Positions 22,826 to 35,577 are shown, numbered from the stretch's first letter. The stretch: 64,000 nucleotides of DNA from Octopus sinensis (GCF_006345805.1 NC_042997.1:40176001-40240000), one strand, 5' to 3'. Notes: generated by a model not told the origin, from the sequence alone. Program-made: numbers and translations.

Positions 22826-24569
22826 AATTTGGGAGCCTCTATGCAGTCAACAGACTTGTTAGAAAAAGCTGTCAAATTTCCTACATATCCGATATATGAA
22901 CTTGATAGACGAAAGCTTTGATAAGACCGCGTATGTATGCGATGTGTGCGTGTGTGCTTACTGATAATAATCCTTTCTACTGCAGGCACAAGGCCTGAAA
23001 TGTTGGGGGCAGGGGCTAGCCGATTACATCGATCCCAGTGTGGGTAATAAAGAAAAAGATTACATCGATCCCAGTACTCGACCGGTACTTATTTAATCGA
23101 CACCAAAAGGATGAAAGGCAAAAGTTAAACTCGAAACGTAAAACCTGAAGAAATGCTGTTAGGCATTTAGTCCGGCATGCTAACCACTCGACCAGCTCAC
23201 CGCCCATTAATTAGTGATAATAAAGTATTTGAACTAACAGCACTTCTAGCGATGAGCTTTATTTTTTAAATTTCTATTCAATAATGACTGACAGTTCGAA
23301 ACAAAAGTATTCAACAACGAAAGTGATACGTTATATGCTTTCGTTTACTTAAAACGACAGCACAAGTCTTAAGCATTAATTCTCTGTGAAAAAGAGACTG
23401 CGAGTAACTACTCAAGGTGTGTCCGAAAGATAAGAAAACGAAGTTAGATTACATTAACTATATGCCCTTATTTGTCGCTGATATTACGAAAAAGGCTATT
23501 TCTCAAGTACTTATATGACTCATTTACCTTATCCTGATAGTCAATTGATGTCAATATTCCACTAAAATTAAATACAGCTCTTTGGAACCAATCAGTAACA
23601 AAGATAAGCGCAATTTACAAATATTTGCGAAACATTATTGCAAATTCCTGGGTTGTTCTTTTAGATACTATTATCTTTAGACACTATTATCAATAGTTAT
23701 AATTTCTAAAACTATTGTGCGTAATTAATTCACAATAACAATTAAACTTAGCAGCAATAAAGATTCTAAAACCATATTCACCAAATCTCGTTAATGTAAA
23801 TAAAGCACTCCCTCCAATGCAGACCGGTTCAAACGTTTGGCGCCACAAATACCTTAACAACTTTCTGAACACTAAAGAGTTTCGTGGGACAGGAAGTCGA
23901 TCCGGCTCCAATGTCCTTTACTTCTAATTGTTTTACTTGTAATTGCTTCGTGTTCAGGTATTTATGGAAAAGAAATCGGTGGAGGAATTTTTGTTAGGAA
24001 GTATTAATACTACCAGTTAAGAGCGAGATGATGACCTACATTTTAAAGTCAGTCTATTGGCTTGTATACTTAAATTAATGTATTTGTTTTGAAATAAAAT
24101 AATGCTACGTAGCAGAATCTGATTAGATTCCAATTATTTTATTGGGATGTAAGAGTTATCTCCCCATGGTATTAATAAAAGTTATAGTTTAGGCTTGTAA
24201 AAGTTATCTCCCCCTAGACGTTGGTAAAATTCTCTTAAAATAAATAAGAAATTACTTTGCTTGTCTAAACAAAATAGCATTTTCAATAAAGATGTTGGTC
24301 TTGCGTAACGGATTTAATTCAAGTCGTTAATACCTTGTACCAACATATTATTTATAGCATTTCGTCGATAACTTCTGCTGATTTATTTCGTTTTGGGATT
24401 TGATTAGCAAGATTCTTTATATGAGTTCGTGTGTTGAAGCATGTTCTGTTGTGTCTGGGGAGAGTCATTTTCTTTTCGTGCCTTATAATGTAACACACTC
24501 ACCGGTAAGATTTCCACTTATTTCTTACTTTCCTAAAATTTCCGTTGACTGCATAGGGGCTCCCAAATT
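22826..24569. mobile_element. Candidate TIR-bounded element (26-bp inverted repeats, 1 mismatch)
   Basis: aatttgggagcctctatgcagtcaac (22826-22851) versus gttgactgcataggggctcccaaatt (24544-24569). Confidence 0.45.
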
Positions 24570-24699
24570 TAGCTACTGCTAAGCTATTACGTTATAAGGC
24601 ACAAAAAGAAAATGACTCTCCCCAGGCACAACAGATTCTGTTGATTTATTTTTTACCTTTTTTCTCGTTTAGAAATTTAATAATTTTCAGTATTCCTAA

Positions 24700-25792
24700 A
24701 GATGTGTGCATCCCCCTCCACGAATTTGTTTCCTCATAACTTCCAGAAAAATGGATATTCTTTAATGAAATTTTCTACAAATATGTTTCAGATGGTGTAG
24801 ATTCCGATTATATCCGAAATTGTTGAGAAAAAAAAATTCCTTATGGTAGGAAGAGGAGTTTCGGAAAATTCACATCCGTAGGCTTTACTTTCTCATAACC
24901 TTCAGGAAAATGGGTATTATACTCTCTCTTTACTCTTTTACTTGTTTCAGTCATTTGACTGCGGCCATGGTGGAGCACTGCTTTTAATCGAGCAACTCGA
25001 TCCCAGGACTTATTCTTTTGTAAGCCCAGTACTTATTCTATCGGTCTCTTTTGCCGAACCGCTAAGTAACGGGGACATAAACACACCAGCATCGGTTGTC
25101 AAGCAATGCCAGGGGGACAAACACAGACACACACACAGTCATATATATATACATATATACGACGGGCTTCTTTCAGTTTCTGTCTACCAAATCCACTCAC
25201 AGGGCTTTGGTCGGCCCGAGGCTATAGTAGAAGACACTTGCCCAAGGTGCCACGCAGAAGGACTGAACCCGGAACCATGTGGTTGGTAAACAAGCTACTT
25301 ACCACACAGCCACTCCTAATTTCCTTCAAATACCTTTCAGAGGGTGTAAATTACGATTATATTGGAATTTTATATGAAAAGTAAAACAGTGTAAACACAT
25401 ACATTCTAACACACATCACAATTTTTTTCGAAATTTCAAGTTTCATTTTGTAGATATATGTGGCGTGTATCAGTATATATTTGTACGAGCCCACCAAATT
25501 TACTTTTTTCATATTAAATTCTGGTATCATCGTTATCTACACACTCTGAAAGGTATTTATAGAAAATTTCTTTGAAAATTACTCATTTTTCTGAAAGCAA
25601 AGAAAGCTGTCTTATGTGAATTTTCCAAAAACTCCTCACTCCACCCTAGGAAAGACCTTTTCACCAAATATTATGATATAATTAGAATCTACAGCATCTG
25701 AAGCATATTTGTAGAAAATTTCATTGAAAAATATCCATTTTTCCGGAAGATATGAGGCAACAAAATCAGTGGGTGGAGTGGGGTTGCACATC
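24700..25792. repeat. Foldback element with imperfect inverted arms of about 300 bp
   Basis: 24700-24925 plus 25318-25385 aligns to the reverse complement of 25480-25792. Confidence 0.75.
24925..25317 (-). mobile_element. SINE family A inserted in a foldback element
   Basis: Family A sequence interrupting the left arm of the 24700-25792 inverted repeat. Confidence 0.85.
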
Positions 25793-25962
25793 TGTATGAA
25801 TGCCTAATTTTCCCGTGAGAGTTATGTTGTATTGAGTGTGACACTGAATCAGTTCACGGTGAAATATGCCAAGCTTAGCTTCACTTCATCTGTTTGGAAT
25901 GAAATTTTGATATAGAAGTAGAAACAAGAGTAGCTAGCTAATACTGACTAAACTATATATAA

Positions 25963-26356
25963 TCTCTATATATAAAGCTGAAGTTGTCTGTGTGTGGCAG
26001 GTTTGGTAGCCTTCAACTAACACTATCTTCTCCGAGACCCTCCGGCGCAAGTTGACCAAAATTGAGAGTATGATAGAAGAAAGGCTTGCTCTTCCTTCTC
26101 TAGAAGAAAAAATTCAAATCTGACCATGGTAAAACCAAACATTATTTACATCAAAAAGGTGCTTTTTTTCTATGAAAATCCCTATTTTTTAGTTTTTTTT
26201 TTTAACTGCTGTGTCACAATTTTTCCGTGTATTTCAACCAGAAAAATGTTCCCTTAAAGAGAATAACAAGCTACATAATGCAAAATTTTTACTTTTCAAA
26301 AATTCAAATTCTAAAGGGTCGAAACAAACCCGAGCAATGCCGGGTGATACTGCTAG
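25963..26356 (+). mobile_element. Non-autonomous Helitron, family H2 (394 bp)
   Basis: a|TCtctatatataaagctgaagttgtc ... cccgagcaatgccgggtgatactgCTAG|t. Termini resemble H1; the interior is unrelated. Confidence 0.85.
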
Positions 26357-27206
26357 TATATGTATAAGGTAAGTTAACTGAATGTTATTTATTTCTGTAA
26401 TAAAAAATAGTTAGATATCAGTTACAATTTATAAAATTACTACACTGGCTTCATTCTAAGTAGCTACATCATTGCTGCAGGTTGCTAAACTTTACTGTGG
26501 AAGGCTGCTTTCCTTGTAAGTAGCTGGACTGCGCTGCATATTGCTAGAACTTGCTGCACTGTAATTATCAGCAGATAAGCCAGATTTAGCATATTTCACA
26601 ATAAATATATTTAGTTCAACACTCTTTAGTCCTACATGGGAAAGTACCAATATTCTTAAAAAGTTACTAGTTTTACCAGTGGGAAAAAAAAATGCTAAAA
26701 ATTAAAGTAAATACATGTTGCAACCCTGTTTTTACTATGACTCATTTAGTACAGTCGAAGACTAATTCAGTAAGACTATATAAGTTTATTTGAGCCATGT
26801 AAAATTAGAAACTCCTGCTCCATGCTTTTCATATTTTTTCTGATTCCACTTAAATATTCAATAAGATGTTCAAGAACATGGCCATGATGCAGCCGTCATA
26901 TATTATTGTACATTAGCAAACCATTGTAAACGATTTAACTTTATTAAAAATATAAATAATAATCTCATTTATGTGAAGCCCTGGCAACTGGCAAATTGAT
27001 TTTGTCATGACTTTATCACATCACTGAAATTCTTACAACTTGCTTTTATATACAGTGCTTTCTTGTGTATAAATTACACTGAAGATCTTCCTTATCTATT
27101 GGCAACTAATGAGCCAAATTGCAACCTGACAAAAAGCAGCACTGTGTAATCAACAGGACATGTGGCACATCCTTCATCATTACCAAGAAATAATACAAGT
27201 TCACTG

Positions 27207-27600
27207 CCAGAGCAGCTGTCTGGCTTCCGTGCTGGTGGCACGTAAAAAGCACCATTTGAGCGTGATCGTTACCAGTGTCGCCTTAGTGGCACGTGAACAA
27301 AACATTCGAGCAAAGTCGTTGCCAGTGCTGTTGGACTGACTCCTGTGCAGGTGGCACGTAAAAAACACCATTTCAAGCGTGGCTGTTGCCAGTAACCGCC
27401 AAACTGGCCCTCATGCCACTGGCATGTAAAAGCACCCGCTACACTCTCAGAGTGGTTGGTGTTAGGAAGGGCATCCAGCTGTAGAAACTCTGCCAGATCA
27501 GACTGGAGCTTGGTGCAGCCATCTGGTTCGCCAGCCCTCAGTCAAATCGTCCAACCCATGCTAGCATGGAAAGTGGACATTAAAAGATGATGATGATGAT
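27207..27600 (+). mobile_element. SINE-like family B (other copies at 20293-20557, 29752-30000, 31406-31640, 3985-4110)
   Basis: Family B modules and (GAT)n tail. Confidence 0.75.
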
Positions 27601-27756
27601 ATACTTGGTATATGAACACTGCCAATATTTTGTACATTTCAGAAAATACTTTTAAAATGAGTTCAATAAGCAGAATAAGCAAAGCTACCCTGAAGATATT
27701 GAAAACTATTGTGATGAGATGTAAACTTCAACAGTCAGTTTTAGATATTATTATGT

Positions 27757-27992
27757 CAAGGTGGCAAGCTGGCAGAAACGTTAGCATGCCGGGCGAAATG
27801 CTTAGCAGTATTTCATCTGTGGCTATGTTCTGAGTTCAAATTCCGCCAAGGTCGACTTTGCCTTTCATCCTTTCGGGGTCGATTAAATAAGTACCAGTTA
27901 CGCATTGAGGTTGATATAATTGACTTAATCCGTTTGTCTGTCCTTGTTTGTCCTCTCTGTGTGTAGTCCCTTGTGGGTAGTAAAGAAATAGG
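27757..27992 (+). mobile_element. SINE family C, full length
   Basis: Family C consensus. Other copies at 14538-14678, 15060-15186, 22069-22236, 22975-23205, 28945-29155, 34305-34620, 39232-39390 and 57225-57415. Confidence 0.8.
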
Positions 27993-30114
27993 TATTATGA
28001 TGTCATCAGAATAAAACTAGATGTTCAATTGAAGAAGAGAAAACAGAGTATATTTACTTACTGTATATTACTGGTATTCTTTTTTGTTAACCCTGAATGA
28101 AAGAAAGGCAAAAGTTTATCTTAAGTAATGTGGTATAATTATAAACAGGGTAAATTTTAGCCATTTCTCTGAAGACTGAAAAAATGATGAACACTCTTAA
28201 TCAACTTTTGAATCTTAGTAAGATTTGAACACAGAGCTGAATCAATAAAAGTTAATGAGATAATACTACCTTTGATGTTTTACAAGTGTTTGTTGATTTT
28301 TACATTGCTGGTACATCTCTGGCATTTTGCTCCGTTATACCCAGGTACCATCACAGAAAGCAACATTTTGGCTGACTCTTCCAGAACACCATTGCTTATA
28401 ACCAAAACTAATTTTGACAATTCTATTTGTCTTTTAGAAAATATCTGGAAGCACAGTGGCCCAGTGGTTAGGGCAGTGGACTCATGGATGGAGGTCACGG
28501 TTTCGATTCCCAGACCAGGTATTGTGTGTGTTTATTGAGCGAAAACACCTAAAAAAGCTCCACAAGGCTCTGGTAGGCGGTGGTGGCGACCCCTGTTGTA
28601 CTCTTTCACCACAACTTTCTCTCACTCTCTCTTCCTGTTTCTTGAATAATGCTGCGATGGACTAGCATCCCATCCAGCTGGGGGGAACACATACACCACA
28701 GAAACCGGGAAACCAAGCCCATGAGCCTGGCTAAGTTTGATAAGAGCGACGTTTATCGTTTTAGAAAATATAACAACATGCTCATCTATGTTTCACCTGA
28801 CAGGTTTTGAGGTAAATTCTGTAACTTAATCTCCATGAAAATATTGATCTATAATATCTAATTGAGCTGCTTGAGTAATATCAGTGGTTGTAAGACAAAT
28901 ATCATAAAGTAACAGGTATCGAAGTGTTCTTGAATATGATTTTCTGTATTGGTTTCAAATTATGGTACAGAGCCAGCAATTTCAGGGGAGTGACTGAGTC
29001 AATAACATTGACCTTAGCACTCAACTGGTACTTATTTATTAACCCCGAAAAGGATGGAAGTCAAAGTTGGTCTGGGAAGAAATTGAACTCAGAATGTAAA
29101 GATAAACAAAATGCCACTGAGCATTTTGCCCAGCATGCTAAAAATTCTGCCAGCTTGTTACCTAATTCAATTTTCTCTATTAGTATTCATTGCCCTGTGC
29201 TTAAGAGTATTTTTGCTTATTGCTAACTCATTAATGTGAGTTCTAATAGCACACTTAATGGTATACATTTAATAAAAGCTTTTTTAATAAATTCAGTTCA
29301 TTGATATTCTATGATTGTTAACAATAATATCTGAAATGTTCAAGCTTGAAGCTACTAAATGCAAGTAAAGTCCTGGCAAGAATGAAAGTGAATTCTCTGA
29401 CAGTGAGTATTGGGACATGGACACACACACACACACACATACACACACACACATAAATACATATACACATACATACACACACACATATGAAGATATTTAC
29501 ATATATACTCGTGCACACACGTACAAAAATACATACACACATACATACAAATATTCATATGTACATTCCTTGTAGTCCTCTAGTCAACAGTTTAAAAAAT
29601 TTTGTTTTATTTCTTAAAGGAGTGACAGGTGCTTAGTATCAAATGGCCGTTTTGCATTCAAAATGTTATCACTCACAACTAGCTCAACTTACTGCCTGTA
29701 ATATATGAAGAACATCATCATCCTTATCAACAACAAGATATTGTTCAAATATCATCATCATCATCATCATTGTTTAGTGTTTGTTTTCCATGCTGGCATG
29801 GGTTGGACGGTTAGACTGGAACTGGCAAGTCAGAAAGCTGCTCAAGGCTCCCACCTGTTTTGGCTGGATGCCTTTTCTAACACCAACCACTCCACGGAGT
29901 GTAGAGGGTATCTTTTACGTGTCACCAGCACAGATGACTTTTTACATGCTACCAACATGGGTGCCTTTTACATGTCACCAACATGGGCCATGACTATGAT
30001 GTCACTTGGCTTTATGTGTCTTCTCAAGCACAGCAAATCACCAAAGGTCTCAGCCACATGTCTTTGCCTCCATGAGACTCAATATCTGAAGATCAAGACT
30101 TGAAAATTTTGTCT

Positions 30115-30545
30115 ACTCTTACTCTTTTTACTCTTTTTCAGTCTTGTTTCAGTTATGTGATTGTGGCCATGCTGGAGCACCGCCTTTTAGTCAAGCAAAT
30201 CGACCCCAGGACTTATTCTTTGTAAGCCTAGTACATACTCTATCGGTCTCTTTTGTCGAACCGCTAAGTTACAGGGATGGAAACACACCAGCATTGGTTG
30301 TCAAGCAATGTTGGGGGACAAACATAGATACACAAACATATACACGCACATACATATATATATATATAATATATTATATACGACGGGCTTCTTTTAGTTT
30401 CTGTCTACCAAATCCACTCACAATGCTTTGGTTGGCCCAAGGCTATAGTAGAAGACACTTGCCCAAGGTGCCACATAGTGGGACTGAACCTGGAACCATG
30501 TGGTTCATAAGCAAGCTACTTACCACACAGCCCCTCCTGCGTCTG
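30115..30545 (-). mobile_element. SINE family A, full length
   Basis: Reverse complement of the family A consensus. Confidence 0.8.
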
Positions 30546-31009
30546 CTTACATTTTATGATAATTTAATTAATTTTTTTTTTTTTTAGATATATATGCGTT
30601 TTTGTTTGGGTTCAAAAATGAAGAATAAAAGAATTGATAAAAAAACAAGAAAAAATAAAACTAAAAATTACACACCATGTCATGCAAGAGTTCATTAATT
30701 TGTCAGTAACTTTTAATTAATGGGTTGTAATACGAGGTGCTGCGTAATTTAGATATTACTGAAACATGATCTTTGCGATGAATATGTTTAACTTTTGAAA
30801 TTCTTTATCAAATTTAGTGAGATTCTTATGACAAGAAATTGCAGGGAAGCTTCTTTTTATATTTTTCCTTTTTAAATTTTTTTTTTTTAGGAAATCCATG
30901 GCATGTCATCTGAAAACCCATGACATGACATTGTTGATATGCATGTCATAATCTCTCCACCATTGAGTAGGATGTTCACATGGCTTGTTTGCTTACATAC
31001 TTAATGATG

Positions 31010-31378
31010 ATGGAAGCACTCCGTCGGTTATGACAACGAGGGTTCCGGTTGATCCAATCAACGGAACAGCCTGCTCGTGAAATTAACGTGTAAGTGGCTG
31101 AGCACTCTACAGACACATGTACCCTTAACGCAGTTCTCGGGGATATTCAGCTTGACACAGAGAATGACAAGGCCGGCCCTTTGAAATACAGGTACAACAG
31201 AAACAGGAAGAAAGAGTGAGAGAAAGTTGTGGTGAAAGAGTACAGCAGGGATCACCACCATCCCTGCCGGAGCCTCGTGGAGCTTTAGGTGTTTTCGCTC
31301 AATAAACACTCACAACGCCCGGTCTGGGAATCGAAACCGCGAGTCCGCTGCCCTAACCACTGGGCCATTGCGCCTCCA
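31010..31378 (-). mobile_element. SINE family D, full length
   Basis: Reverse complement of 42905-43265. Confidence 0.85.
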
Positions 31379-31407
31379 CATACATAATAATGTGGCTACT
31401 ACATGTG

Positions 31408-31444
<37 letters not shown>

Positions 31445-32917
31445 TTAATGACCATTGTCCATGCTGGCATGGGTTGGACAGTTTGAACAGGGCTGGCAAG
31501 CTGGAAGGCTGTACCAGACTCTTGTTTCATTTGGCATGTTTTCCATGGTTGGATGCCCTTCCTAACACCAACAACTCTGAGAGTGTAATGGGTGCTTTTA
31601 TGTGCCACTGGCATGGGTGCCATTTGCATGATACCAGTATCTGCCACAAATTTTGTGACCTACAGATGACAGCAGAAATGTTTGAGCAACAGTAAAAAAT
31701 ACCTTGCAGTCAGTATTTAGTCCCGGCTCTTTATGTTCTGAGTTCAAATCATACCATGGTTGACTTTTCTTTTTATTCTTCTGGAATAAAATGAAATGCC
31801 CTAATTTGAGTAATGATTTAATTGAGTTATACAAGTATCATTAATGTTCAGAATCTTGAATGAATCTTCTTATTGTTGCTTACAGCTTAACCCTTTTGTT
31901 ACAAACCCACCTGAGACCACCTCTGGTTCAAGGATACAAACAGCCTGTTTTAAAGTGATCTAACTTCAAATCTCCCATCAAAATCTCATGTTGATTAAAA
32001 TTCCAAGCACTGGTTTAATAATGACAAAATTATTGCGTTAAATCTTAACTATTTTGAAAATTAACTGAAGCAAAAGTATTTTTCAGCAGAAGCTCAGTGG
32101 TTAGAGTGTCAGGCTCATGATCACAAGGTAGTGAGTTCAATTCCTGGACTATGCTATGCATTGTGTTCTTGAGCAAGACACTTTGTTTCCCATTGCTCCA
32201 GTTCACTCTGTTGTATTGGTCTTTGCCTTTCCCTTGGATAACATAAGTGGTGTGGAGAGGAGGAGGCTGGTATGCATGAGCGACTGCTGGTCTTCCATAA
32301 AACAACCTTGCCTGGACTTGTGCTTTGGAGGGTTACTTTCTTGGTGCAATTGCATGGTCAATCATGACTGAAGTGGGGGGGGGGGGCTTTGCTTTTATGG
32401 TGATGAAAAGGGTTGAAGAATTGATGAGAGTGTAAAACTACACTAGCCACTATATTTCTGTGAGGAACACTGATCCCAAATACTATCAGCTTTAAAAGAC
32501 CTGATGAAGGAGCAATGCTACACAAATTATGTGCTTAACAAGATATGAAGCATATCCTTACTACCCAGGTAAAAAAAGCAAAATGTTGCTGAGTGATGGA
32601 TGATGCAAGTTTTTTCACACATACAAAATATAAATAATCCAGAACTGGAATAAATTTATTTGCTGTGAAGAAATAGAACCACAAGTTTTTTTTTCTCTTC
32701 CTTATAAGCAAATCAATTTATTTCACTTATGAATTGTTTATATTCAATAACTACCAACATAAACCATTGCTAGTTTCTTCAGATCCTACTATTTACTTTA
32801 CATGCAGAGTAGATGGATGTGAGGGAAAAACTTACACATGACAAAATCATTACATCAATTCCATACTGTTGTTGTTATTGTACTTGCAGCTGCTGTGGTT
32901 CCTGTGTAGCCCTAGCT

Positions 32918-33283
32918 CAGCACTTTTCAATCGGGGTCCATATGGCTCTTAAGTCCATATGGTTCTTGATGTCCATATAAGATTTTTGGGGGTCCACATA
33001 ACAAAATAGCAAATTGAGGATCCACAAAAATTATTTTCAGGGTCCCTGAAAAAAATTTTGTTTAGATGTATTTATTGGTATGTATTGCAAGAATCAGCAA
33101 AGTTTCTTTCTCTAACATTTTACATAGTTCAATCTACACAAGAAAATGTGTGCAAAACAAAATAGAGATTTTGAAAGAAGTTTCTATAAAACTAGTTTTA
33201 AAACATTGAATGTCTATGGGGGTCCACAAGAATAAAATAGCAATCAGAAGGGTCCATAGATGAGAAGTGGTTGAGAACCCCTG
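32918..33283. mobile_element. hAT-like MITE
   Basis: Termini cagcacttttcaatc / ggttgagaacccctg, degenerate 8-bp flanks (ccctagct / ctctaggt), and internal gggtcca repeats. Confidence 0.55.
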
Positions 33284-33414
33284 CTCTAGGTCAACCCTTA
33301 TTGAGAAGACTGGTGTCTCACCTTTCCTAGTGATGTTCATCTTGTCTTTCTTTTTATCAATGTTTATCAAAGACTACAATTGGCAGTATGTCTTTTTCCT
33401 TTTTTTAAATGGGG

Positions 33415-33770
33415 AATTACAACCGTGTTTCGTGGTCTGCTACCACAACAGCTCCTTTATAGGATCCATTTATCTCAAGATATCATCAGGAGGAACCACG
33501 TCCGGTTTCGGCCCCTACTCCTCTACCGTTTTGACGTGGCGGGGCCCTCCCTTTCGGAGGTGTCTTCAGCTCTGGTGTTGAGTGCATGCCTTCTTTCTCC
33601 TTTCTTCTTTTCCCTGGCCTCTTTGATGTAGCGTCAATGAGCGACTGACTAACTTGTCAAATTTTTTCCCTTTAAATACCTGCTGCCAGTCTCCAGCAGG
33701 CAACCCCAGCAAGTTGTCATGTGACAACTTTAACTGACCAATGAAGGCGCGTAGTCTTAGCCCACGCATT
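33415..33770 (-). mobile_element. Possible RLE-LINE (HERO/NeSL-like) 3' end; related 3'UTR-like motif at about 3470-3540 (+)
   Basis: Weak translation (AWAKTTRLHWSVKVVT*QLAG). The motif gaggNagg..ccgaaac...ctcctgatga is shared with 3490-3535. Confidence 0.35.
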
Positions 33771-34777
33771 CTCTAAACGACTGTCACCTGTCAGTCAACG
33801 AAGCTAATTCTGTGTCAGCTTGTCTCACCTAGTGATGTTATTTTCCGCAATTTTGGTTTGAGGGAGATTTGGAAGCTATTTCTAGTAGGCTGAGCTACCA
33901 TATAGTGATGCTTTTATTGGCTCTTCATCACACTAGTTCAGTTATTTATTCATGGTCATGAGTTCTAAATAATTATCAAGAAAGAAAAAGGATAAAAAAT
34001 ACAAATATAATTATAATTCTTCTTTTTATTAATTGAAAATTATAATTTCCTTGCTTTTTTCTTTGTCTTAAATGAAATGAATGTAAGATCAAAACTGAGT
34101 AGCAGTTTCAATTTGCACATAAAGTAAATGAAAAGAAAAGAGAAAAGAAAATGGGGAAAAAAAATTAGGCATACACTTTTTAATGGAAACATCTTTTGAT
34201 AATTAGTTTATTAACTAAGGTGGTACTTGCAACAAAATAGCCAATAAACAATAGTGCTGGTTGCTTCTGTCGAAATACCTCTTAATATGTTTTATCAAAA
34301 CTGTCTTTACATTCTGAGTTCAAATTCCGCCGAGGTCGTCTTTGCGTTTCATCCTTTCGAGGTCAATAAATTAAGTACCAGTTGCATACTGGGGACGATC
34401 TAATCGACTAGCCCCCTTTCCCAAAATTTCGGCAGAATCATTAGCATACCAAACAAAATGCTTAGAAGCATTTCTTTTGGCTTTACATACCAAGTTTAAA
34501 TTCCATCAATACTGATTTTGCTGTTCATCCTTTCAGAGTCAATGAAAAAAGGTACCAGTTGTACACTGGGGTTGATGTAATTGACTAACCCCCTTCAGCA
34601 AAAGTTCAGGCCTTGTGCCTTTCTGTTACTTGTTTATTTCACATTGCTCCAATTCACTCAGCTGTATCGGTCTTTGCCTTTCCTTTGAATAACATCAGTG
34701 GCATGCAGAGGGGAGGCTGGTATGCATGAGCGACTGCTGGTCTTCCATAAAACAACCTTGCCTGGACTTGTGCTTTA

Positions 34778-34986
34778 CCTGTTTCAGTCACTTGACTGCG
34801 GCCATGCTGGGGCATCACCCTGAAGGGTTTCAGTCGAACAAATCAACCCCAGGATTTATTGTTTTTTAAAGCCTAGTACTCATTCTATCTGTCACTTTTG
34901 CTGAACCGCTAAGTCACAAGTATGTAAACTCACCAACACCAATTGTCAAGTGGTGGTTGGGGACAAACACAGACACATAGACACAC

Positions 34987-35022
<36 letters not shown>

Positions 35023-35378
35023 AGTGTAGATGGTATACGAGTGGGTATATATTTATAAAAAAAGAAATTTGAAAACGCCACTATATAAGATAAATTTAAA
35101 TTTTCTTAGAAATTTTACATGTTTCGGTTCTTCTTGAAAAAACGAACCTTATCAAAAATATTTAAAAAAGCTAAGTGTAATAAAAAAGTTCATAATTGTT
35201 TCTTACTAGTCTCAACAGAATCCACGTGGTGGATTTTGTAGGGGAGAGCATAATAACTGTCTTGTGTGTTGACTAAAGTTGGGAAAATGACCAGTGGCCG
35301 AAATAGCAGTGACTGTTGGTCATAGTAGTAGTGACCGTGGTGGTGGTGGTTGGAGTTGCAGCAGTTCATTGAACACAC

Positions 35379-35414
<36 letters not shown>

Positions 35415-35577
35415 CAGGCTCCTTTCAGTTTCCATCTACCAAATCCACTCTCAAGGCTTTGGTTGGACTGAGGCTTTAGTAGAAGACACTTGTCCAAGGT
35501 GCCAAGCAGTGGGATTGAACCTGGAACCATGTGATTGTGAGGCAAACTTCTTACTACACAGCCACACCTGCACCTAC
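34778..35577 (-). mobile_element. SINE family A split in two (34778-35020 and 35373-35577) by an insert of about 350 bp in its (TA)n tract
   Basis: The 3' half and 5' half are collinear on either side of unrelated sequence that contains a hammerhead-like motif. Confidence 0.7.
35112..35159 (-). ncRNA. Minimal type-I hammerhead ribozyme candidate with U3:A8 core
   Basis: AUUU-UUGAUAA-GGUUC(13 nt)GAACC-GAAAC-AU-GUA-AAAU. Confidence 0.65.

Noticed and set aside
23897-23957. Signal-peptide-like frame (LLLIVLLVIASCSG) before a GT donor
   Set aside because: There is an in-frame stop at 23873, no ATG and no convincing acceptor.
28272-28538. Overlapping ORFs on both strands as exons
   Set aside because: No recognisable homology and no consistent splice phase. 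The same applies to 37960-38196.
33480-33545. Hammerhead (ccgaaac...cctgatga) in a LINE-like 3'UTR
   Set aside because: The core elements are in an order that needs a stem I hairpin, which is absent.
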